Source: Verrucomicrobiia bacterium (lineage in GTDB: Bacteria > Verrucomicrobiota > Verrucomicrobiia > Limisphaerales > UBA1319). From it: a stretch of 64,000 bases of DNA. The stretch spans positions 3,232,001 to 3,296,000 of the forward strand of contig OY760937.1 in assembly GCA_963664225.1 (NCBI GenBank). Reading direction: 5' to 3'. Positions 39,680 to 49,676 of the stretch are shown here, in pieces. Below the pieces are notes generated by a model that was not told the DNA's origin, ran no database searches, and worked only from the letters and a program-made list of their open reading frames with translations. The position numbers were made by a program, and so were the translations under genes. Numbering within the stretch: the stretch's first letter is position 1; each line of letters begins with the position of its first letter.

Positions 39680-41349
39680 GGGCGCACGACAAAATTCTTC
39701 AGAAAACCGAATAAGACCAAAAAATCCAGTGGAGTATATAAGGCGACCGGTGTCTTCGGAGCGCCGGTCTCCTGACCGGCTTACGGTGTTCTCGAACCCA
39801 ACGTTTTCAAACACACCGTGATCCCCGCATGCCGGTGTCTTCGGAGCGCCGGTCTCCTGACCGGCTTACGGTGTTATTGAACCCAACGTTTTCAAACACA
39901 CCGTGATCCCCGCACGCCGGTGTCTTCGGTGCGCCGGTCTCCTGACCGGCTTGCGGTGTTCTCGAACCCAACGCTTTCAAACACACCGTGATCCCCGCAT
40001 GCCGGTGTCTTCGGTGCGCCGGTCTCCTGACCGGCTTACGGTGTTCTCGAGCCCATCGTTTTCAAATACACCGTGATCCCCGCACGCCGGTGTCTTCGGA
40101 GCGCCGGTCTCCTGACCGGCTTACGGTGTTCTCGAGCCCAACGTTTTCAAATACACCGTGATCCCCGCACGCCGGTGTCTTCGGTGCGCCGGTCTCCTGA
40201 CCGGCTTACGGTGTTATTGAACCCAACGTTTTCAAACACACCGTGATCCCCGCATGCCGGTGTCTTCGGTGCGCCGGTCTCCTGACCGGCTTAGCGTGTT
40301 CTCGAACCCAACGTTTTCAAACACACCGTGATCCCCGCATGCCGGTGTCTTCGGAGCGCCGGTCTCCTGACCGGCTTACGGTGTTCTCGAGCCCAACGTT
40401 TTCAAACACACCGTGATCTCCGCACACCGGTGTCATCGGTGCGCCGGTCTCCTGACCGGCTTACGGTGTTCTCGAACCCAACGTTTTCAAATACACCGTG
40501 ATCCCCGCATGCCGGTGTCTTCGGAGCGCCGGTCTCCTGACCGGCTTACGGTGTTATTGAACCCAACGTTTTCAAACACACCGTGATCCCCGCATGCCGG
40601 TGTCTTCGGAGCGCCGGTCTCCTGACCGGCTTACGGTGTTCTCGAACCCAACGTTTTCAAATACACCGTGATCCCCGCATGCCGGTGTCTTCGGTGCGCC
40701 GGTCTCCTGACCGGCTTACGGTGTTCTCGAGCCCAACGTTTTCAAACACACCGTGATCCCCGCATGCCAGTCTTCGGAGCGCCGGTCTCCTGACCGGCTT
40801 ACGGTGTTCTCGAGCCCAACGTTTTCAAACACACCGTAATCCTCGCATGCCGGTGTCTTCGGAGCGCCGGTCTCCTGACCGGCTTACGGTGTTCTCGAGC
40901 CCAACGTTTTCAAACACACCGTGATCCCCGCACGCCGGTGTCATCGGAGCGCCGGTCTCCTGACCGGCTTACGGTGTTCTCGAGCCCAACGTTTTCAAAC
41001 ACACCGTGATCCCCGCACGCCGGTGTCATCGGAGCGCCGGTCTCCTGACCGGCTTAGCGTGTTCTCGAACCCAACGTTTTCAAACACACCGTGATCCCCG
41101 CACGCCGGTGTCATCGGTGCGCCGGTCTCCTGACCGGCTTACGGTGTTCTCGAACCCAACGTTTTCAAACACACCGTGATCCCCGCACGCCGGTGTCTTC
41201 GGTGCGCCGGTCTCCTGACCGGCTTACGGTGTTCTCGAACCCAACGTTTTCAAACACACCGTGATCCCCGCACGCCGGTTTTGCCGTTGCCTCAACGCCG
41301 TTAAAGAATCAGCCCACCTTTCCACACTCCTGATGTTTGTCATGCGCCC
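39680..41349 (+). mobile_element. MITE-like element, copy E, carrying 85-bp array 2
   Basis: TIRs gggcgcacgacaaa / tttgtcatgcgccc; flanks aaatgggtt / aattcggtt (7/9, decayed TSD); leader and trailer both present. Confidence 0.82.
39746..41273 (+). repeat. Tandem array 2: 18 copies of the 85-bp unit
   Basis: Unit gccggtgtcttcggagcgccggtctcctgaccggcttacggtgttctcgaacccaacgttttcaaacacaccgtgatccccgcat with 85-bp period; one unit is 83 bp. Confidence 0.97.
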
Positions 41350-41535
41350 AATTCGGTTTCAACGGGCTTGCAAGGCTCACGCGGCGCTTTACACTCCAGC
41401 CAGGTCAATCAGCATAATACGCAGTTCATCCATTGAGCGCCGGAGCGGGGTCTGAGGCGAAACCGGAAAACCAGCCTTGTCATTTCAGTGCCAATGGTTT
41501 GAATACACCTTGTACTGCACTTGCGATGCAAAAAC

Positions 41536-43347
41536 ATGGCAGAGGATAAATTTATGAGCGAGACGTTCCGAAAAATGACCGCCGGCGAATTCACCCGGCG
41601 ACTGAAGAAAATGTGCGAACACCCCGACAGCCGGTTCGCCTTCTTTTTGGGCGCGGGCTGCTCGGTCTCCTCGGGGATTCCCGACGCCGCCCGGCTCGTC
41701 CGCCAGCACTGGCTGCCGCGCCTGCGCGACCTGCGGGATCCCGCCCGCAAGGATGTGGACAAATGGGCCGCGGAGAACTTCTCCGGTTACGAGCCTGGGA
41801 CTGCCGCCGCTTTTTACGGCGAGGTCATGGAGGAGCTTTTCCTGCTGCCCGAGGAACGCCAGCGCGAAATCGAACTCCTGTGCGACGCCCGTTTTCCCGG
41901 CTTCGGATACGCGGCCCTGGCCAGCCTCATGACCCAGTCCGACGGCCGGTTCAATGTGGCCCTGACCACCAATTTCGACGATCTGATGGCCGACGCCCTC
42001 TACCTGTTCACCAAGGTCCGTCCGCTGGTGGCCCCGCACGAGTCCCTGGGCAATTACCTGCGTCCCACCCGGACCCGTCCGCTCATTGTCAAACTGCACG
42101 GGGATCATCGCCTCGCCCCGCTCAACACCGTTCGTAGCACGGACGACATCCGCAAGGACGTCGAGAAACGCGTTCGCTCCGTCATTCGCGACCGGGGCCT
42201 GATTTTCATGGGCTACGGCGGCAATGACGAATCGATCGTCGAACTGCTCTCGGAATTCACCGAGGAGGCCCTGCCGCTGGGCGTTTATTGGTTTGGCTCG
42301 GAACCGCCGGCCGGGGCCTTGCGCACCTGGCTGGAAAGCCGCCAGGCCGTCTGGGTGGACCAGGCCGATTTCGACGAGTCCATGCTCCTGTTGCGCGACA
42401 TCTTTGCCACGCCGCATCCCGAGAGCAAACGGTTCGACCACGTTTTTGCCAAATACACCTCCACCTACCAGGCCCTGACCTCGCGCGTGGGGCAGAAGGC
42501 CGGCAACGCGCCCGATGCCGCCGCCCTCAAGGAAGCCGTCAAACGCACCGACGGGTCGTTCCCGGACTGGTGGTCCGTCGAGCTGGAAACCGAGCGCCTC
42601 AAGCAGAACGATCCGCTCAAGGCGGACGCCGTTTACGCCAAAGGTATCGAGCAATTCCCCAACTCGAGCGAGTTGCTCGGCAGCTACGCCAATTTCCTGC
42701 GCGACGTGCGCAAGGACAATGTGCGCGCCGAGGACTTGTATCAGCGTGCGCTCACCCTGGACGCCAACAATGTCGAACTGCTCCAGAATTATGCCTTCTT
42801 CCTGGCCCGCATCCGCAAGGATTTCGACAAGGCCGAGGAGTTCTACAGCCACGCGCTGAGTCTGGAACCCAACAACGCCCGCCTCCTGGCCACCTTCGCC
42901 AGTTTCCTCGCGAAGATGCGCAAGGATCCCAAGCGCGCCGAGGAAGCCTATCGCCGCGCCCTGGCCATGGACGAGGCCGATCCTTATCTGCTGGCCAGCT
43001 ACGCGGGCTTCCTCCTGGCCCAGGGCCGCGACGAGGATGGCATGGCCGTGCTCGCACGGTTGATGCCCCAATCCGGCGCTGAGGAAACCCCCAATCTCAC
43101 CCTCGAGACCGGATTCTACTTGCTGGCGCATGGCCCTGCCGAAGGCCGCACCCATACGATTGCGCAACTTAAAAAGGCCCTCAAGGCCGGTCGCCGCCGT
43201 CCCGGCCTGATCCTCGCGCCCAATATCGTCAAAGCCCGCCAGAGCGGTCATCCGGATTCGACCTGGCTTGAGAAGCTCGCCTCCGTCATCACCGACGAGG
43301 CCAATATCAGCGTCCTGGACGATTGGGCCGCCTGGAAATCGGCATAG
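41536..43347 (+). CDS. SIR2-like domain + TPR-repeat protein (candidate NADase defence effector)
   Basis: FFLGAGCSVSSGIP, TTNFDDL, KLHGD, FMGYGGND, followed by about four TPR-like repeats (YANFL...AEDLYQRAL). Alternative start at 41554. Confidence 0.88.
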   Translation: MAEDKFMSETFRKMTAGEFTRRLKKMCEHPDSRFAFFLGAGCSVSSGIPDAARLVRQHWLPRLRDLRDPARKDVDKWAAENFSGYEPGTAAAFYGEVMEELFLLPEERQREIELLCDARFPGFGYAALASLMTQSDGRFNVALTTNFDDLMADALYLFTKVRPLVAPHESLGNYLRPTRTRPLIVKLHGDHRLAPLNTVRSTDDIRKDVEKRVRSVIRDRGLIFMGYGGNDESIVELLSEFTEEALPLGVYWFGSEPPAGALRTWLESRQAVWVDQADFDESMLLLRDIFATPHPESKRFDHVFAKYTSTYQALTSRVGQKAGNAPDAAALKEAVKRTDGSFPDWWSVELETERLKQNDPLKADAVYAKGIEQFPNSSELLGSYANFLRDVRKDNVRAEDLYQRALTLDANNVELLQNYAFFLARIRKDFDKAEEFYSHALSLEPNNARLLATFASFLAKMRKDPKRAEEAYRRALAMDEADPYLLASYAGFLLAQGRDEDGMAVLARLMPQSGAEETPNLTLETGFYLLAHGPAEGRTHTIAQLKKALKAGRRRPGLILAPNIVKARQSGHPDSTWLEKLASVITDEANISVLDDWAAWKSA

Positions 43348-43368
43348 CCCCGGATTTTTTCAGACACG

Positions 43369-43403
43369 AAAAAAGGCGCGTTCGGAAGAACGCGCCTTTT
43401 TTA
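43369..43403. terminator. Bidirectional Rho-independent terminator (duplicate of the rne terminator)
   Basis: aaaaaaggcgcgttc-ggaa-gaacgcgcctttttt. Confidence 0.88.
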
Positions 43404-43454
43404 TTACGTTGCAGGCGGTCAGGCCGCCCGCAGGAGATCAGGAAGAAGTTTTGG

Positions 43455-43598
43455 TTACTTGCCAGATTCAAGCCAAAGCCTGATTATCCAGGCAACAAGA
43501 AGAATAACAATCATCGCACCGATGAGTATCGCCCATTTTGATGTTCGCTCGTTAAAACGATGAAATTCTTTCGGGTTATGGATAATGGGCGCGGACAT
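43455..43598 (-). CDS. Small single-TM membrane protein (47 aa), not in the ORF track
   Basis: MSAPIIHNPKEFHRFNERTSKWAILIGAMIVILLVAWIIRLWLESGK; ends just before the terminator. Confidence 0.55.
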   Translation of the reverse strand: MSAPIIHNPKEFHRFNERTSKWAILIGAMIVILLVAWIIRLWLESGK

Positions 43599-43957
43599 AG
43601 TTTCAAGGTGTCGAATCCATCTCAAGACATGGATTAAGCTAAACCAGGGAATTTAAGGCGTAAATTGATTATTCACATACCACCAGACGCGCGAACGATT
43701 GGGCGGAGAAGGAGCGATCAAATGCCTCGAATCAACGGGTGCAGCGAACGGGAGACAGCTTGTTGTGCATAAAACAAGGTATGCTATTTTAAGCCGTCTG
43801 CCCTTTCTGTTGCGCTGAACTTAAAGGTGAGTGCTTCGGCGATAGTCCTTGATAAATAACCACATCTCTGGTTTCATATCAGCATGGCAGAAGGACAGGT
43901 CACCGGTTCTTCCTGTGCATGGACTCACGCATTATTACGATGATCAGCTGATTACGC

Positions 43958-44386
43958 ATGAGAATTCGATCCTATAAATGGATTTCAGTTTTCCTTCTAG
44001 CCCTCGTAATTGTGAGCGGAATCGGTTTTGTGGTTGTTATTAGAGGCTACTTCGAACTTACGCTGGAACTTGGGGCAGTACGAGGCGAATGCGAGCTTAT
44101 TGAGTCATTGTGGGTTCCTTCCAAGCTTTCAGATCCACATGCTGCGGCCGAAGCATTGCTACGGCTGAAGGAATATCACCAATCCATTTCGCCGAAGCAG
44201 GGTTCAAATGCCGATAAAATACTTAAACTTCACAAACGATCCGTCGAGCGTGAAATCATCCAGTTTCTTAGAAACAAGACCGGTCAAGACCTTGGTGATG
44301 AGCCAGATAAATGGATCAAGAATTACGCCACCTTGGGGGCGAACCCAACAGGTCAAGCACACCGGAGCCTTCCTGTTGGCCATTAA
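43958..44386 (+). CDS. Hypothetical protein with N-terminal membrane anchor
   Basis: 142-aa ORF in an AT-rich insert, with a TM segment and a C-terminal helical motif (LRNKTGQDLGDEPDKWI). Confidence 0.7.
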   Translation: MRIRSYKWISVFLLALVIVSGIGFVVVIRGYFELTLELGAVRGECELIESLWVPSKLSDPHAAAEALLRLKEYHQSISPKQGSNADKILKLHKRSVEREIIQFLRNKTGQDLGDEPDKWIKNYATLGANPTGQAHRSLPVGH

Positions 44387-44429
44387 ACACCCAAACACAT
44401 GATGGGGAAAGGGAAGTTGGTTTTTGGAC

Positions 44430-44465
44430 AAAAAAAGGCGCGCTCTTTCGAACGCGCCTTTTTTA
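44430..44465. terminator. Bidirectional Rho-independent terminator after rne/rng
   Basis: aaaaaaaggcgcg-ctctttcgaa-cgcgcctttttt. Confidence 0.85.
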
Positions 44466-44499
44466 TTACGTTGCAGGCGGTCAGGCCGCCCGGGAAACA

Positions 44500-46464
44500 T
44501 CAGGAATGCACGTTGGCCAATTCCTCGTTGGTCACGACGTTGACGATCTTGAATTGCTCGACGTGGAGGGTGGGTTCCGCGCGGAATGAGAGTTTCCCAT
44601 AGAATTTCTTCTCCAGGGCGATGAACAATTGTTCATCCTCACCACGCAACCGTTCCAGCACCGCGCTGTTGACCACGATGCGCAACTGGAAGTCCGACTC
44701 GTCGCGCTGGCGCTTCTTGAGGATTTCAGAAAGCTTGCGCTGGATTTCCACACTCATGGTGACGGGGCTCTTCACCTTCGCCCGGCCCTTGCAATACGGG
44801 CAGTCGTCATAGCTCGAGGCGCGGACGCTCTCGGAATGGCGCTGGCGGGTCATCTCCATGAGGCCGAGCTGGGAGATGGGCAGGATGTGGGTCTTGGCCT
44901 TGTCCCGCTTGAGCCCGTCCTTGACCTTCTGATAAACCGCCTGCTGATCCCGGCGCGACTTCATGTCGATGAAATCAAGCACCACCAGTCCGCCGATGTT
45001 GCGCAGGCGCAGTTGGCGGCAGATTTCCTCGGCGGCCTCGATGTTGACCTTGAGGATCGTCGATTCCTGATCCTTGTTGCCCTTGTGGCTGCCGGTGTTG
45101 ACGTCGATGGCCACGAGCGCCTCGGTTTCGTCGATCACGATGTAGCCGCCGCTCTTGAGATGAACCTGGCGGGCGAAGGCGTTGTCGAGCTGGCGGCTGA
45201 TGTTGAACCGGTCGAACACCGGCTGCGATTCGTTGTAGAGCTTGATCTTGAATGCGGACCGCTTGGAAATCCGGTCCGTGGTCTCGCGCATCCGGTTGTA
45301 TTGCTCCTGGGAATCGATGATCACGCGCTCGACGTCCTCGGTGAGAAAGTCACGCACAGCCCGTTCGATCAGGTCCGGCTCCTGGAACACGCAGGACGGG
45401 ATTTTCTTGTTCGTGATGTTGTCCTGGATGCGATTCCACTCCTCGAGCAACAGCGCGAGGTCGCGGACAAAATAGCGCGCCTGCTGGTCTTCGCCCGCGG
45501 TGCGGATGATGACCCCCATGCCGTCCGGGATGGCGAGGCCGCGGAGGATTTTTTTCAAACGCTGGCGCTCCTCCTGCTGGTCGATCTTACGGGAAATGCC
45601 GCTCTGATCGGAGTTGGGCAGCAACACCAGAAAACGTCCCGGCAGGGCCAGGTTGGTGGTGACGCGGGGGCCCTTGGTGCCGATCGGCCCCTTGGTCACC
45701 TGGACGACGATTTCGCTGCCCGGCGGGTAGATGCGGGGAATGTCCCGCTGTGTGATGCGGGGTTTGTCGCGTTTGCGGTTCTCGCGCTCCACGATTTCCA
45801 CGGTGCTGTCGAAATTATTGGGGACGATGTCCCAGTAGTGCAGAAAGGCGTTTTTCTCAAAACCGATATCCACAAACGCGGCCTTGAGGCCATCCTCGAG
45901 ATTGCGGACCTTGCCCTTGTAAATGCTGCCCACCAGGCGATCCTCGCCCGTGCGCTCCACGGTGTATTCCTCGAGCCGTCCATCCTCGAGCACCGCCACG
46001 CGGGTCTCCAGGGATTCGGTGTTGATGATGATCTCCTTGTGCAGCTTTTTCTTGGGATGAATCAGCCGCTGGACCTTCTGGATCACCTTGCTGGCCGCGG
46101 CCCGCAGGGTATCGACAAAGCTTTGGGGCGCGGCATCCGCCACGGGCACCGGCTCGTAGGAGGCTTCCATCCTGACTTCCGCAGGCGGCTCCTGCCGGGT
46201 CTGGCGGTATTCGCGCCGGGTGCGCGTGGGGGCCTGCTCCGCGGGTGTCTCGGGAGGCAATCCGGCGGCCGTGTTTTCCGCACGTTCGATCTCGCGCGCA
46301 TGGCGGGCGTTGTCGAAAACCACCACTTCAGCGGCTTTGCCGCCCACGGCCTCGGCCCGGGCTTCGACTGAGGCGCGCTCCGGAGGCAGGTTCGGAGTCA
46401 GGCCTCCGGTGGGACGGAATCTCATGGTGTTGCGACGTCGTTTAGAAAAAGTTCTTTCGCTCAT
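44500..46464 (-). CDS. Ribonuclease E/G family (Rne/Rng)
   Basis: GSIYKGKV, AAFVDIG, VQVTKGP, SGGYIVIDETEALVAIDVNTG, RLRNIGGLVVLDFIDM, CPYCKG. Confidence 0.95.
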   Translation of the reverse strand: MSERTFSKRRRNTMRFRPTGGLTPNLPPERASVEARAEAVGGKAAEVVVFDNARHAREIERAENTAAGLPPETPAEQAPTRTRREYRQTRQEPPAEVRMEASYEPVPVADAAPQSFVDTLRAAASKVIQKVQRLIHPKKKLHKEIIINTESLETRVAVLEDGRLEEYTVERTGEDRLVGSIYKGKVRNLEDGLKAAFVDIGFEKNAFLHYWDIVPNNFDSTVEIVERENRKRDKPRITQRDIPRIYPPGSEIVVQVTKGPIGTKGPRVTTNLALPGRFLVLLPNSDQSGISRKIDQQEERQRLKKILRGLAIPDGMGVIIRTAGEDQQARYFVRDLALLLEEWNRIQDNITNKKIPSCVFQEPDLIERAVRDFLTEDVERVIIDSQEQYNRMRETTDRISKRSAFKIKLYNESQPVFDRFNISRQLDNAFARQVHLKSGGYIVIDETEALVAIDVNTGSHKGNKDQESTILKVNIEAAEEICRQLRLRNIGGLVVLDFIDMKSRRDQQAVYQKVKDGLKRDKAKTHILPISQLGLMEMTRQRHSESVRASSYDDCPYCKGRAKVKSPVTMSVEIQRKLSEILKKRQRDESDFQLRIVVNSAVLERLRGEDEQLFIALEKKFYGKLSFRAEPTLHVEQFKIVNVVTNEELANVHS

Positions 46465-46465
46465 G

Positions 46466-47674
46466 TTAATAGGCTTTCCGATAATAATAGATGTTTTGCA
46501 GCATGCCGGCGGCGATCAACGAGCATAACACCGAGGATCCGCCATAGCTGAGCAGCGGCAGTGGTATTCCCGTCACGGGCATAATGCGTATGTTCATGCC
46601 GATATTAATAAAGACATGGCTCAGGAATAGTGTCACCACTCCCACGGCCAATAGTTTCCCCAGGCGATCGCGCGCCTGGCCGGCGGTTCTCAGTCCGGCA
46701 AATAGAACCACGGTGTACAGCGCGATCACGACCACGCTGCCCACAAATCCTTTCTCCTCGGCAATGACGGAGAAAATGAAATCGTTGTGCGCCACTCCCC
46801 GTGGCAAAAAACCCAGGCGGATCTGGTCGCCCTTGCACCAGCCCTTGCCAAAAAATCCTCCGGATCCCACGGATATGAGCGCCTGGCGCACATTATAGGA
46901 ATCGTTGAATTGCTGGATGCGCGCCAGACGCCGGACCTCGGGGCTGGCGTCCGCCGGGGCGTATTCCTGCCCAAAATAAACGAGCAGGCGGCGCTTCTGG
47001 TAATTCTCCAGCTTGATCTGCCAGCCCACCGGCGCATACAGGATGTCCACCAGGATCAACCCCACCAGCAGCGCCGAGCCGCCGATGAACCGCCGCAGGA
47101 AACGCACGGGCACCCCGGCCACATACATCATGATCATGCCCACCGGCAGCAGCACCAGCGCGGAACCCAGGTCCGGCTCCTTGAGGATGAGCACGAACGG
47201 CAGCAGGGTCAGACCCAGGCCCTTCCAGAAAACCCCCGACTGCCGCAATTCCTCCACAGGTCGGCTCAGGAAATGGGCCTGTGCAAAGATGAAGGCCAGC
47301 TTGGCGAATTCCGATGGCTGGAACTGGAATAAGCCCATGTTGATCCATCGGCGCGCCCCCCATCGGATCGTCCCGATGCCCGGAATCAGGACCGCTATGA
47401 GAAGCAGAATCATGATCCAGTAGTAAACTAGCGCCCATCGCGCCCAGACCCGGTAATCCATGATGCAGAAGAAAAACGCCATCAATGTTCCCAGCCCGAA
47501 CCAGACGACCTGTTGAAAGGCCAGTTGCCGGTACCAGGGCACGTCGGAAAACGTGTCGCGCGCGCTGGTGGCACTGTAAATAAAGGTCACCCCCACCAGG
47601 AACAATCCCAGCAAGGCCAGACCCAGCGGCCAGTCCACCCGCGATTCGCGTTCGTTGAGGGTTCTCTCGTACAT
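46466..47674 (-). CDS. rodA: Rod shape-determining SEDS protein
   Basis: GARRWI, QPSEFAK, EPDLGSAL, HNDFIFSVIAEEKG, PVTGIPLPLLSYGGSS; downstream of mrdA. Confidence 0.95.
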   Translation of the reverse strand: MYERTLNERESRVDWPLGLALLGLFLVGVTFIYSATSARDTFSDVPWYRQLAFQQVVWFGLGTLMAFFFCIMDYRVWARWALVYYWIMILLLIAVLIPGIGTIRWGARRWINMGLFQFQPSEFAKLAFIFAQAHFLSRPVEELRQSGVFWKGLGLTLLPFVLILKEPDLGSALVLLPVGMIMMYVAGVPVRFLRRFIGGSALLVGLILVDILYAPVGWQIKLENYQKRRLLVYFGQEYAPADASPEVRRLARIQQFNDSYNVRQALISVGSGGFFGKGWCKGDQIRLGFLPRGVAHNDFIFSVIAEEKGFVGSVVVIALYTVVLFAGLRTAGQARDRLGKLLAVGVVTLFLSHVFINIGMNIRIMPVTGIPLPLLSYGGSSVLCSLIAAGMLQNIYYYRKAY

Positions 47675-47700
47675 CGCTCAGGTGCTCATTCGACGCATGC

Positions 47701-49671
47701 TCATCGGGCGGCCTCCGGGAACGGTGACACCTGCGCCACGAGGCGTGGACCGGCGCTTCCCGTTGTCGCCTGGTCCTCGATCCGTTTGAGGGCCTGGTAA
47801 ATATTATGGGCCACCGGAGCGCAGGTGCCGCCGCCCGACCCGCCCCCTTCGGCCACCACGACCACCACGTAGCGCGGGGTTTCGTAGGGGGCATACGAGA
47901 CAAACCAGGTGTCCTTGCGCACGACCGCGCTGCCCCGGGTCACCTGCGCCGTGCCGGTCTTTCCGCACACGCGCATACCCGTCACAGCCGCCTCTTTTCC
48001 GGTGCCATCGCTGTCCTCCACATCCGCCAGCATCGCTTCACGTATCAGCTGCAAATTCCGGGGGCTCACATGCAGATCCCCGCGAATCTGGCCCGCCGGG
48101 GCCACCTTCACCGGGTTGCCCGACCGGGGCTCGATCCGCTGCACCAGGCGCGGCCAGAAAACCTTGCCCCCGTTGGCGATCGCGGCGGTCATCAAGGCCA
48201 TTTGCAGCGGGGTCACCGTGATATAGCCCTGTCCGATGCTCAGGTTGGCAACGTCTCCCTGTGTTATCGGACTGCCCTGGTCAGCCTGTTTGGCCGCCCA
48301 ATCGGGCGTTGGGAAAAAGCCGCTCACTTCCTGCATCAGGGGAACCTGCGCCTTCTGGCCAAGGAAAAAGCGGCGCCCCATCTCCATGATATTCGTCAGC
48401 CCGACGTCCAATCCGTGAAAGATAAAATAGGAGTTGCTCGACAATTTGAACGCGCGCCTGAAATCGTAATCTCCCGCCGGCGCGGTATCGCGGATATTCT
48501 TCCGGCCCAATGAAAAATAACCTTTGCTGTGATAAACCTCCGCCGGATCCAGATCCCCGGCCTCCAGGCAGGCGAGCGCCACGATGATCTTGAAAATGGA
48601 TCCCGGCGCGTAGGAGCCAAAGGTGGCCCGGTTGAGCATCGGCTTGCCTTCGGGATCGCTCAATTCCTCCCATTGTTTGGCGCTCATTCGCGGAATGAAG
48701 GAATTGGGATCGAACGTCGGCGCGGAGGCCACGGCGATGAGGTCTCCATTGCGCGCGTCCAGCACTACGGCCGCTCCCTTCCCAGCGGCGGTCATTCCAC
48801 GCAGGGCCTGCTCGGTCGCGCGCTGCACCCGCGCGTCGATGGTCAGTACGACGTTGTTGCCCGGAACGGCAGGCGTCAAAATATTCTCGCTCTGCCGGTA
48901 ACCCTTGTTATTGATCACCACCGCCTTGACGCCCGCGCGCCCGCCCAGGTCCTCCTCGAATGCCCCTTCGATGCCCACCCGGCCTTCGTAATCAGGCAGG
49001 CCCGGCAGGCAATTGGCGGAGAATTCGTCGTCGTCGTCCGCGGTGGTTTTTTCCACGCGCTGCAACTGGCCCAGGAGATGGGCCGCCAGATTGCCGTTGG
49101 TATAGACGCGCAAGGGCTGAATATCCAGGTTCAGGCCCGGCGGTTTGTAGGGGCTTTCCTGGAAGATGGCGATGTGCTGCGGCGAGAGATTCTCGAGAAT
49201 GGGCAGCGGCAGGACCAGCCGGTTGGTGTAGTGCCCCAAAAACCGGTCTTCATCCAGGATCAACGGCTGATGAAACATCTCGCCCACCTCGAACACGGCG
49301 TTGCTGACCACTTGATAACGGGTGCGCCGACCCAGCGCGTCCAGCTCGGTCCGGCTGAGTTTGCGGCCCTCGCGCGCTTTTGCAAAGGCCTCCTGAAACT
49401 GGTTTGAGAACTCCTCGAGATAGAGGTTTACGTTGTAACTGGGCTGGTTCTCCGCCAGCGCCGTGCCATTGCGGTCCAGGATATTTCCGCGCAATGCCGG
49501 ATAACGCACCCGCCGCGAAGACTGGTTCTTCTGACTCCGCTCGTACTCCTTGCTCGACACCACCTGCAAATACCACAAGCCCGCCAGCAGGATGCCCATG
49601 GCCACCGACACCATCAGGGTCAAAACCCAGACGGGCCGGTCGTTTCTTTTCAGTTGGTCAAAAACCAGCAT
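47701..49671 (-). CDS. mrdA: Penicillin-binding protein 2
   Basis: RGNILDRNG, PGSIFK (SxxK), SSN, GKTGTAQ; in the mre operon. Confidence 0.95.
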   Translation of the reverse strand: MLVFDQLKRNDRPVWVLTLMVSVAMGILLAGLWYLQVVSSKEYERSQKNQSSRRVRYPALRGNILDRNGTALAENQPSYNVNLYLEEFSNQFQEAFAKAREGRKLSRTELDALGRRTRYQVVSNAVFEVGEMFHQPLILDEDRFLGHYTNRLVLPLPILENLSPQHIAIFQESPYKPPGLNLDIQPLRVYTNGNLAAHLLGQLQRVEKTTADDDDEFSANCLPGLPDYEGRVGIEGAFEEDLGGRAGVKAVVINNKGYRQSENILTPAVPGNNVVLTIDARVQRATEQALRGMTAAGKGAAVVLDARNGDLIAVASAPTFDPNSFIPRMSAKQWEELSDPEGKPMLNRATFGSYAPGSIFKIIVALACLEAGDLDPAEVYHSKGYFSLGRKNIRDTAPAGDYDFRRAFKLSSNSYFIFHGLDVGLTNIMEMGRRFFLGQKAQVPLMQEVSGFFPTPDWAAKQADQGSPITQGDVANLSIGQGYITVTPLQMALMTAAIANGGKVFWPRLVQRIEPRSGNPVKVAPAGQIRGDLHVSPRNLQLIREAMLADVEDSDGTGKEAAVTGMRVCGKTGTAQVTRGSAVVRKDTWFVSYAPYETPRYVVVVVAEGGGSGGGTCAPVAHNIYQALKRIEDQATTGSAGPRLVAQVSPFPEAAR

Positions 49672-49676
49672 GGCTC

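Noticed and set aside
43730..43835. attC-like segment (tgcagcgaac...gcgctgaacttaaaggtgag)
   Set aside because: Core sites are degenerate, the fold cannot be verified by eye, and no integrase is present.
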